Of a stretch of DNA of 64,000 nucleotides, positions 10,301 to 22,300 are shown piece after piece. This DNA comes from Nemertoderma westbladi. Its lineage: Eukaryota > Animalia > Xenacoelomorpha. A program made the translations under genes and the position numbers. The notes under the pieces are model-generated. The model ran no database searches and was not told the DNA's origin. It saw only the letters and a program-made list of their open reading frames with translations. Position 1 is the stretch's first letter; each line of letters starts with the position of its first letter. The stretch spans positions 1 to 64,000 of the forward strand of contig JAUCBJ010002693.1 in NCBI GenBank assembly GCA_032718475.1, in the 5' to 3' direction.

Positions 10301-13300
10301 TTGATCAGGTTCAGGGAAAACCGGGTAGCATTCACCTGTGACATCAAGGCCATGTTTCATCAAGTTCGTACGTTACCAAGAGACTCGGACTGTCTACGTA
10401 TCCTATGGACAGATAAAACGCTTACTCAACAGGAGATTAGCCAACTCACGATAAAGGACGTAGACGTAATGCGTATGGTCGTCAGGATCTTCGGCGCTAA
10501 GGACTCGCCGGTAGCATGCAGTGACATGCTAAAGAGGACGGCAACTATGTGCGAAAACGAGTTCCCTCCAACCGTCATAGAAACCATTCAACGATGCTTC
10601 TACGTGGACGACGGATGCGACGGCGCGGATAATGTAGATGAGGCGTATCGGCTAGCAATGGGGATGGTAGAATGTCTAAAGAAAGGAGGGTTTCCGCTCG
10701 TGAAGTTCAGATCCCATGACAAAATACTTATGGAAAAGTTTCCGCAGGACATCCGGCTGGAAAATAACAAAATGTATTCGGAGGATGTGGAACACCGTGT
10801 ACTCGGAATTGAATGGGACATAGAATCAGACGAATTCATCTTCAAATATAAACCCTTACCCAAGCCTATGACAAAAAGGGGATGTTTGTCGATAAAAAGC
10901 GCCATCTTCGACCCACTAAATTTCATATCTCCAGTAACCTTGGCCGGAATGAACCTGATTAAGGAAATGTGGATAGAAGGACTGGGATGGGACGAAGAGC
11001 TCCCCCCACACCTCAGCGTCAAATGGAGAAAATGGACGGAGCAGCTCGAACACCTACATCTTATGCGGATACCTAGACCGTTCTTCCTCGATAAATTGCC
11101 CACAGATATCTTCCAGCTCCACACCTTTTCGGATGCTTCAAATACCGGAATCGGCGTAGTCACCTTCTTACGGAGACTAAGTAACGATGGAAACGGCGAT
11201 ACAAGCTTCTTATTCTCCAAAGCAAAGACAGTATCCGGGGAATTCGTAGCAACGATTCCGAGACTCGAGCTACAAGCTGCGGTTTGGGCAGTAAGACAGA
11301 ATCGCATGGTCATGCGAAATCTACGGATCCCCATAGAATCTCAACACTTCTGGGTCGATTCGAGTATAGTTCTCTATTATCTCCACTCTCCATCACGGCG
11401 CCACACCACGTTTGTTGCAAACCGAGCCACGGAGATTAAACAGTGTACCGGCCGAGAACAGTGGCATCACGTGAACAGGAAGGAAAACCCAGCGGACTTA
11501 TCAAGCCGAGGCGCCACCCCAAAACAACTCGGCAAAAGTAAACTCTGGCTTACAGGCCCGGAATTCCTACGGCAGCCACAATTAACATGGAGTACACGAT
11601 TCGACCCCGAGCTCGATAGCGGAAAATACTCCGAGGACGATAAAGAGATCCGTAAAATCCATCGAAGCAACGCGGTGGAAATTTATAGTTGTCTGACTGA
11701 GCCTGCAAAGGACTCGGGCAGGCACTATAACGTCGCGACGATCACTCAACTAGCGGCGTCTTTACATCGGTTGATCGAGCGAACTTCATCCATGAGACGG
11801 CTCGTCCACCACGTTATAACCCTTCGCAACTTCCTACGGTGGAAAAACAACAAACCGATAGTTCAACGGAATATACAAGAACTCATTATCGCGGAGAAGT
11901 GTATTGTTAGATATGTCCAGAAAGAAAGTTTCCCCGATGAATGGGAACAACTTAGTGCGGGCAAAACATTGAAACCGGACAGCCCAGTCTACCAACTGAG
12001 ACCAATGATGGGAGAGGACGGACTGATCCGACTGAATACCCGGATGGCAAACGCCCCGGTCGAATATGAGGTTAAATACCCGGCGCTTCTGCCCGGAACG
12101 TCGACACTAGCTAAGCTATTAATTCTACAATGTCACGAGGACAACCACCACGCAGGACAGAATTGGATTATAGCTAATATAAGACAAAGATATTGGATCA
12201 CCCACATCCAGCCACTGATCCGGAAAGTGTTGAAACGTTGCTTCACCTGCAGACGTTACCTAGCGCCACCAATCACCCAAAAGATGGCCGACTTACCAGC
12301 CACCCGTCTACAAGCGGATTCCCCACCATTCTACGTCACCGGAGTGGACTGTTTCGGACCGTTCACAGTTATTGAACGACGATCCAACATCAAATGCTGG
12401 GGAGCCATCTTCACCTGCCTGAGGTCTAGGGCAATTTACCTAGATATCGTGGTAAATCTGACACAACACGCATTCATCAACGCTCTGCGTCGGTTCGTGG
12501 CGAACAACGGGACATGCCGCCACATGTATTCCGATAATGGTACAAACTTCGTGGGAGGAGAAAGAGAACTTAGAGAAGCGATCGAGGGATGGTTTACCGA
12601 TAACACCGCATCCCAAGTCTGGAAGGAACACCAGATACAGTGGCACTTCCAGACCCCCTTAGCACCCCATACGAGCGGGGTATGGGAGAAACTGATCGAC
12701 CTAGTAAAACGATCCATGCGCGTCGCTCTAGGTGATACCCGGGTAACCCATGACACCCTCCGCACAACATTCTGCGAGATCACGGCTACCCTGAACAACC
12801 GACCCATTGTCCCTATCCGCGACGACCCCACAGACCTGGAGCCCCTCACTCCTAACCACCTACTGGGGAGACCCAAAACCCACGTTCTCCCGGAAACCAT
12901 GTTCCCGGATCCCAACGAGATCGCGAAACATACAAACTGGAAAAAGGCCCAAGCGTTGGCAGCGCATTGGTGGAGAATTTGGGCCCAGGAGTACCTCATA
13001 ACCCTCCGGACCAGGAGGAAATGGAACAACACCTACCGGAACGTCGCAGTTGGCGACATGGTACTAGTTAAAGAAGATCTCAAAGACCGCGTTCACTGGC
13101 CTGTGGCGCGGGTCGTGACCATACACCCAAGCAAAGACGGACTTGCGAGGACTGTGACGATACGAACGTCAAAGGGCCACTACCAACGCCCTATCCAGAA
13201 GCTGTGCCTTCTTGAAGGCAATGATAGCGGTGACTCTACGAGAGGTGATAAGATCCCTACTCAAGATCCTGCTGTGGACATTGGTGACAATTACAAACCC

Positions 13301-16300
13301 GTGTAACCCTTCTCATCATGTTGACAAACTCTTATAAAACTGTGATTTATCGACAACGAGTTATGGACCCCCTTTAAACCAACTGTAACCACGCAATGGT
13401 ATTTGTGTTTCCTCGTGTGTTATGTGGAGTCCAGCATCACCCTGCAGATGTTTCGACTGACGCAGGGTCGTTTATGCATTGTTTACCCTGATTTTGGTCA
13501 TCAGGACCTACGATATTGGATTATTGGAAATGGAAAAGATTTGAAGTGGAATTCATTGTATTCATCGCAGTATGTTATGTTGTCCGTTGCGTGCGCAGTT
13601 CGGGGCGTAGGCGGTGTAACAAGTCCAGCTGTAGGCGCAACACCCCCTCTATCCCGTTATTCTGGTGGGTCCATGGTGCATCCACATGACTTCGACGATA
13701 GAGGGTTTTATGTTTCTCAGTCGCGTTATTCTGGTGGGACCGTTACGTGGATTTTGGGGCGTAGGCGGTGTAACGAGTCCAGCTGTAGATCCCAGAATGT
13801 TGCGTAGCCCCATCCCACATGACTTCGTCGACTGAGCTTTATGTTGTTGGGAGTGTTATTCTGGTGGGTCCCTGGTGCATCCACGTGACTTCACTCCCAG
13901 CGTCGTCATTGTCCGTTACGTGCGCAGTTTGGGGCGTAGGCGGTGTAACGAGTCCAGCTGTAGATCCCAGATTGCCGCGTAACACCCCTTCCACGACAAA
14001 GATTAACCAAAGAAAATGATTGAATATAGTTGGAAATGATGAAAAGGATCAGACAACTCTGCTATAAACCTGAATGATGACGCGTATGCTGATGAAAATG
14101 AAATGATGCGCACCCTGGTGCTGCGCTTATAACCAATGATGATAGCCGGGGGGCTATAAACCCAATGATGATGTGGAAATAAATAAATGTGAAATAAATG
14201 GTGGAAATAAATGTTGAAATATATGTGGAAATAAATGAAATGAGATAAAATAATAATGAAATGAAAAAAGACAAAAAAAGGTATAAAAAAGTCTAAAGAA
14301 AAGAATTGGAAAAAAGAAAGGACAAAAAGGTCATAAAAAACTGGTTGGATATTAATGTATAGCTATAGTAACTGTAAATGCTGAATGTATTAGCAATAAG
14401 ATGATAGATGTCTATATAGCAATATTATTTAATAAACTGAATTAAATAAAAAACTGAATTATTCTGCTATCGCTATAGTTTCAGACTTTCTGGACTTATA
14501 ATTAACTGATCTAATTTGTAACGGATATAATCGTAAATATGGACCCAAATCGCCAAATTATCGGCGAATTACGTAACACGATAGATCTACTGGAATATTC
14601 GCAACCTGGATCCCCTGACTTTGATACAAATTGGAGCACCCTGCTAAATGAGAACATGCGAGTCATTAAATTCACCGGGCGAGAGGGACCGGATTCTAAG
14701 AATCTACGAGCCCTCCGGTTAGCCGATGCTAGTACGAGACTGAAAAGAACTCGGAACGCAAAGGCAACCGGAGGGGACGATTCGTCGTTTTGGGAAACGT
14801 TCCGGCAGAGCGTCTACAGATCCCGATGTTTGATCTACGACAACGAGGGAAACGCGACGCCCACCTCGAAAGCGATTACGTTGGCGAGATGTCAAAGTTT
14901 CGTCGACGACAAGAGTACGTACCTCGCCCACTGGGGAAACCTGTCGGAGTGTACGGCGACGCTTCGAGAGGAACGCGTATCGATTATCCAGAACCGAGAC
15001 GACTACCAGGAAAAGTACGGGGCGAAAGAATACGGTCGATCCTTAGTCGTCGTCCTCGGAACCCTGGACGGTTTGGTACTTGTGTGCCGAATATTCCCGA
15101 CACCCAGACAGGAAGTGCAGGCAGCCGGAGCGATCTGGTTGCTGCCTCCAGAAATCCAAAAGATCCTCTTCGACTTCGACGTCATTAAAATCGGGTCGGA
15201 TATCAAGGCGGACGTCCGGAACGACTACGCGAACGCCCCTGCAGGAAGAAACCGACGAGACGACCTCAACGCCCTTAGCCATTGCATCGACACTCAAACG
15301 CTACTAGCCTGGTTACGATTCGCCGAGTTCATGTGAGGATTCCAAGAGGTGAGACCGACGAAATCCGGGATCGGCTACCTCGCTGTGCTAAACGGCGGTA
15401 TCGACTTCAAACCCCAGAAATTCCGGGACTATAATAAAATATACGGTGGATACCCGGGATTAGAAATAAAGAGCGAGCGAGAGGGTCGATGGAAGGACGT
15501 TGATCGGAAGTGGACGATACACCAAAGGTGGGAGAATCCCGATCGACGGAACTACGTTTACGTCGTTATGGAGTGCTACACCGTCGCTAAGTTTATCTGT
15601 AAAACTCTCGATAACCTTATTACGGCGGTCCCCCTTTCCTTCGTCGACTACGACTGGAACGAGGTCATACACCACGCGTTCAAAGCGGTCGAGAACATCG
15701 CACCGGGAGAGACTAAAACGCTCGCCGTTATCGATTCCTGGGACGAGAGCGGGCCTTACGACATCCCTACGATTACCAAACTTCTCGGTGCGGAGGAGCC
15801 TCTGATCTCTTCGGAAGGGGAAGAGATATGGCTAAACGAGGGTGTTCTACTCTCCACCCCGAAGCGACAACTCGAGCCGGAGGCCGCGTATGGACCGGCC
15901 GCCAAACGGGTTGCCTCGGCCGAACCGATGAAGAGAGCAGGCGTTTACACCCCACGCGGCTCCGGTAGCCCCGCGAGGGAGGTAGCCACTACAGCTGCAT
16001 TGAGCGACTTCGGCAACATATGCCAACGGTTATCCCCGTATCCTTTCCCGGGTGGCGAAGATTGGTCGTCGGAGATTCCGAGTACCAGCCACCAACGGAC
16101 CCGCTCAGCGATACTGGTCGAGGAGGGCCCCAGCGATGCGCCGACCCCCGACGATCTCCTCGGTATCCCTCCGTCTAAAACCCCGGCACCTCTTCGCCGA
16201 CCAGCGGTGGCTACTACACCCGCCGTTCCTCAGGACCCTATGCGACTAACCCGTTGGTACGCCGAGCAAACTGAATGGATCCACCGCCAGAAACGGTCGT

Positions 16301-19300
16301 CTGAGTTGAGACCAGCGGGACACAAAGAAGGTTATCGGAGCGAGAACCTACTACGCAAAAGCCTAGCATTCCGCGGGCTACCGACCACCGCGAATATTCC
16401 GAAGAGCGACCGACGACTCGAGTATCACGTCGGCGTCCCGATTCCGATATTTCCTGGTCGAGAGATGCAGTTGGAGGTATGCGGCGACTGTGGTTCGGAG
16501 CAGTGCCCACGCGGTAGAAGGAATCGGGTTACCGATTCTTGCCTCCAGCTCCTCGGGATACTCTATTGCCCATACTGCGCGACATCGGGCCACGACGTTT
16601 CCGTCTGTCCGATCCTTTATAACCTCTGCACCACGTGCGGTTTCCGTGGACATTCCTCTAGCCCCCGCTGCTATATCAAATGTCCAACCAAAGACGTTAC
16701 CGCTATGGGAAATATGGTCATGTTTGAAACATACGCAAACAGCCACTTAAAGACCAAGGTTCGGAGAAACGCTCGGAATATCGCGCAGGAGATGGCGTGC
16801 GGGTATTTCTCTTTCCCGGAACGCCTCCACACGTCGGCCACGCTACCTTTCCATTACGTGGATCTGCTACTGAGCGCCGGATTATTCGGTCCATTTGAAG
16901 TCATTAGACGGTTATACTCGTATAAAGAGGAGTTCGGTGACGGAGAGTGGTTCCTAGAGGCAGGCAAGTCTGAGTTGGAGAGACGAACCGACATGATCCC
17001 TATGCCATCGAAAGGAAGAGCCGCCAGGAGACAAGCCGAAGCGTTACTCACGATGGACGTTGACGCTCCTCTACCAGCCATAGCGATCGATGAGAGTCGA
17101 CGGGCGAAGAGACGAAAGGCGTATCAGAGAAAGAAATAGTGGATCGGGATATTCCAGGAACATTTATCAAACATTTATTTTTATACAAACTCTAGGCCAA
17201 ATTAATTAAAAACTATGCAATATTAAATTTGGGTTTTTTATATTGGGAATGACCTACGCAAACTCAATCGACCGACAGACTTCACGAAGGTCATTGGGGG
17301 GGACTGTTCGCGGTATTTCAACTTTCCATAACGCGAGTTGAATATTTTTGTATTTATTCAAAATTGATTATTCCGATATTACTACTGGGTGCGGGACCAT
17401 GGGTTTTGGGCACATTCTATAAACTGGGGGCGATTTATGGGCGAATTTTGGGGCAACTTACAGGGTACGGGAATAATTTCATAGTTATAAGGGCCAGGGG
17501 GGGATGGAAAATGCAAGCAGTATTCAGGTTAGCCTGAGTACTATTAGGCCCTGGCCAACTTCCTGCTGCCTGTAGGGGTGGATTTGGTAATGCGCCAGGC
17601 CTAAAGGACAAGGACTGCCCTTAGCGGTCCCTGGCCAACAGCAGCCATTACGAGACTGAAAAGAACTCGGACCGCTGACTGCTTGTGTCAGGGATTTGCG
17701 ACGGGAAACGACGGCCCCTTAGTAGCCAAGCCGTTCTGGTTCTCGATGATCAAACCCTTCGGGGTTCGTGAGGGGTGGAGCGGACACGCGAACGGGTGGC
17801 CAACTAACGACTGCCCCCTGAGCTAAGCCGTACTGGTTCTCGATGACCGATCCCTTCGGGGTTCGCGAGGGGTGGGACGGACATGCGAAAGGGCTGGCCA
17901 CAGGACGGGTTTGACGAGGACTGCCCTTAGCGGTCTCAGGTCAACGGCAGCTACTACGAGACTGAAAAGAACTCGGAACGCTGACTGCTTGTACCGGGAT
18001 CTGCGACGGGAACCGACGACAGACCCCTTAGCCAAGCCGTACTGGTTCTCGATGATCGTTCCCTTCGGGGTTCGTGAGGGGTGGAACGGACACGCGATGG
18101 GGTCGAAAGACAAAGGACTAGACTCGACTAGACTCTACTGGCCTACCGACTGTTCGGAGCAGTTTCTCGGCTGCCGAAGCGACTACGAGCCTGAAAGGGA
18201 CTCGGAAAGCCTAGGTGGTTGGGTTTCTGTGATGAACCGACGGACCCCTAGCCAAGCCGTTCTGGTTCTCGATGATCGAACCCTTCGGGGTTCGTGAGGG
18301 GTGGAACGGACACGTGAACGGGTCCACCGACACGACAGACTCCTAGCCAAGCCGTACTGGTTCTCGATGACCGATCCCTTCGGGGTTCGAGAGGGGTGGT
18401 ACGGATACGCGACAGAGTCTACCGACTGGACCGACCCTTAGCCAAGCCGTGCTGGTTCTCGATGATCGTTCCCTTCGGGGTTCGTGAGGGGTGGAACGGA
18501 CACGCGACAGGGTCGACCGACACCGACACTACGGCACTAAGACTAGGACCGAGGGAAAATCTGGGGAACATTAGGTAGGCTAAACTGAGCGAACAGTGGG
18601 TAATTAAATAATATACTGTAGGGATTTATATTATCGTGTATAATTATTGTGAATATTTGGTGTATATTGATTTGGGGAAGCCCAAAATTATTCTTAATCA
18701 AGGTTCAACAGAGTTCAGTTACATTAAAGAGTATATCCAACTAATGCAGCTTTTTCTCAACCGCAACCCTGCATCTCAGAAATCATTCCTTCTCCAAAAT
18801 CAATATCCGGTGACTGGCCGGGGCTCAGTGGTCTGTAAAGTCACGTCTCCAGCATCGGCGTTTTTCCCCCCTGGTGTTGGGATAACGGCAACACGATCCA
18901 TATAGACATCCGTATAGAACTAATTAGCTGGTATCGACCCCAGTGGATAAAAGGGTGAGTGCACCCTGGAGAGATACAGCATTACATTTTTTTTTATTCC
19001 TTATTATAAACTTTGTTGTTTTTCTTCCTCTAGGTGGTAACGCCTTACAAAGCCAAAAATTTACTCTCGAGTGGTCCTGGATTTACATGGATACAAAGGA
19101 AGTTATAGTTAATGAATCCAATGCTTATATCGATGTGAAGTTAATAAGGAATGGCTATCTGGGAGAGCAATCTGTTATAGGTGAGTGAAAGATGCTAAAC
19201 GTGGAAATATATTAAATATATAAATTGTTGGTCTATATTTTGAATTATTAATTTGCTTGAAACAAAACAACTTTATGAAGCTTTATTTCAAAAAATGTGC

Positions 19301-22300
19301 CGCCATAATAATATGTTTTGACCTAAATAAAACATATATCTGTGCAGTAACTGTGCATCAAATCTTACCGCTCTATCGAAATTAAATATGTACAAATCTA
19401 TGATTTTACCGATAATAACCTATGCATCACCATGTTGGTCTCCAAATAAACACGACCTATCACGTATAGAGAGTCTACAACGACGTGCCACTATCTGGAT
19501 ACTACGAGATAATGAATCGACCTACACAGATCGGCTCAAATCACTTAACATTCTCCCCCTTTCTCTCTACCTACAACTCCTAGATTTGATGACGCTGTCG
19601 AAGATTATCGCTGGAAAATGCGATATCAACTGGGAAGAACACCTCAAACTAAGCAGACCATCAAACCAAAATACTCGTTCAAATGATCGGATTTTATTTA
19701 ATGTTGCGCGGCCGAAGAAATGCAAGTCAGAAAAAAACTTTTGGTTCCGAGTACCTTACATTGCAAATGTATTACCTAATCGAATCAATTTCACAAACCA
19801 TTTAGGGCTTAAATCTCGTCTGATCGATTTATTTTGGAGGTACTTCATTAAACACTACTCAATTGATATTCCCTGTAGCTGGTCGGTGTGCTGCAGCTGC
19901 GTCTTGATGAACTGTAGAAATAATAACTCTCGTCTCGATGATTTATACCCATAGATAACGACTTATATTCTATAATGCTTTATTTAATTAATACAAATTT
20001 TATTTCACTTCACATCCACTCTGACCCTTTTAATACGTATTTACTGCATCTCATTTTAAATTTAATACGCATATATTTTATCTCATTTTTACGACATCAG
20101 AGACCGACCCTTTTATTAATACGTATATATACGTATATGTCATCGTATTTAAATACAAATATTTCTATCTAATTTCATATAACATCCAGTCTTCTGACCC
20201 TTTTAACTTCTTCGTTTAATCTCATAATTAGCACGGCCTTTTTGAGACCAATTACATACAGTAATAATTTTAATTCGGTGTATTTTAATGTACCTTAATT
20301 AATTATTAACTCATATTTTAAACTAAGTAATGTATGAAATGTATGTAATGTATCTTTTATGGGGGAAACCCCATCCCCATATAATACTATAGTTAAATCT
20401 GTCGACATATGCTGTCTTTGTTCGGTTCTAAGTTATGGTGTAAATTTATATTAATAATAATAATAATAATATATTATCTGTATAGGCTGTGGTAAAGTCT
20501 TATCGGTAGGTAGTGGGGCTTCATGGCCTAAGATGTGGTAGGCAGACTCCATATGTAACTTATTCTCAATGCAATCGCGTGCTGGTGAGTTTCAGCCCCC
20601 CCCCCCCCCCCCCCCCCCCCCCACTCCAACACCAACACCAACACCAACACCAACAACTGGCAATGGTATATTAACTGATGTACCAAAGGAACCTAAACTC
20701 GCACCAAGTTCCCAAATTCCTAAAATATATTCATAAATTCGTCTTGATGTAATAACAGTAATTTGAGAACCTAATTTCTAATTACGGGGTCCTAAATTCG
20801 TAGTTTGGTAGACATTCGCAATTCTAGACATTCTCTGCAAACCCTAATTGGTTAATTACTTCTCTACTAAAATTAATATCAATTAAAGGTATGCTCTTCC
20901 TGAAGAACTACTCAAATGTAGTTAGCCGCCCGACCATGATATTGACTAACGTTCTAGAAATCGGTTAACAAATAATTCCCATCAAACTGAGGAGAACATA
21001 CACAATCGCCATACCAAAATGACGAAACAATATTCGTCTTTCTAGGAAACTGAAAATGTATGTGGCTTTTCCACAAATTTCCTCATATATTCCATAAATG
21101 ATATACCAACCCAGACGAAACAAAAATGGACAAGTAGCGAGCGAGCGGAAACAAGAATATTTAGAAACCAATGATTAATAATTAATTTGAACGATTTTAC
21201 ATTTTTCCTCTATAAGTTTTTCTCTTATCTCGGTTATCCTCCTCCAGTTATCAGGTTGAGGCTTCCCGGGGGATTAGCGAGATGGGAGAGACTATTGTAT
21301 AATCGGTTCCTCTCTGGATTTCGAGTAAATCTTCCCCAACATTCTGAGGTATTACTGAAGGAAATAAGTATATTCCTGACGTCTCTTATTTTTGCTGGAT
21401 TGGGGGGAGGCTGCGGCAATCACTACTATCCCACAAAATGCCCCTCTCTCTCTCTTGGTAGCTGCTACATTAGCGCTAATGCGATGTGCATCTGATGGAC
21501 GGACTGGGAGCTGGCGAGAGTAGCCACTGGCCCAGAGATACTCAAGCCTTTTATTCCCTGCCGTTATCTCCCCAGCCCTAGTAGTGCCACCTGGTCGTTA
21601 GTTTTATCAGCAACCCGGGGAAAGAAAGTTCGGGATATTTCGGGTTGGCAGGATAGATAATCATCCTAACTGTAGTTTGGTATTTTAGATTTGGGGTTTT
21701 CTATCAATTTTCTAACTGGTGCGCTGAAGCACGGGATTTTGTCAAGGCTATTTGTATACCGTAGTACTTACGCAAAGTGTTATAAATGGGAAAGACTAAA
21801 AAAAGGGTTTAATAGTTATGGAGTGTTTACGTTGGGAGTTAGTGTGGCGCCCTCAATTCCAAGAAAAGGGAGCTTTCTGCTTCCTCTGGTGATTCATTTT
21901 TCATTTCCACCGATAAATTTTTTCCAAGTTCCAGAAACAGAAACAGTACTTGTATAATATACAAAAAGTATCGTTGAGTTCTCTCTATAAACATCTGACC
22001 ACGAAAAGTTTAGAAACAACTGGTGTTTATTATGTTATCCTGAGACAAGATTTATATAGTTTAAGGGTTTGATAATAAATTTGGCCTACTTAAAAATTAC
22101 CCATTTTAGTAGACATAATGAAATACTATGATAGACTATACTACTGTATGATCGATTTAGGGACTGTAACATATGTCCCTAAACATCTTTGAGTAATATT
22201 ATCACAAATACAAACTACAATATGTGTTGAATGCTTTTAAAAGTTTAATATAATTTAATTTAAAATATTAAGGGAAAGGAGCTAGGATCGGCATGCTGCA

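Larger units (their letters stand above)
4589..18893 (+). mobile_element. Full-length BEL/Pao LTR retrotransposon with extra ORF3
   Basis: LTRs TGTT...AACA at 4589-6179 and 17305-18893; TSD CGATC at 4584-4588 and 18894-18898; gag-PR-RT-RH-IN order with BEL/Pao signatures. Confidence 0.97.

Noticed and set aside
7186-13032. Antisense and alternate-frame ORFs over gag/pol (also over 55003-58830)
   Set aside because: Shadow ORFs of long coding regions and codon repeats; no independent motifs.
14085-14140. Hammerhead-like CTGATGA-AAAT-GAAA followed by a hairpin and ATA
   Set aside because: Stem II is absent and stem I cannot pair; it lies in an (A)ATGA-rich low-complexity tract.
14539-17139. 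ORF3 as an env gene
   Set aside because: No signal peptide, fusion peptide or transmembrane anchor; motifs indicate an exonuclease and zinc knuckles.
17618-18515. K-turn modules as canonical SECIS elements
   Set aside because: The quartet-like core is present but the upper helix is only ~7 bp and is capped by UUCG with no apical AAR; kept only as a speculative alternative for the ORF3 UGA.
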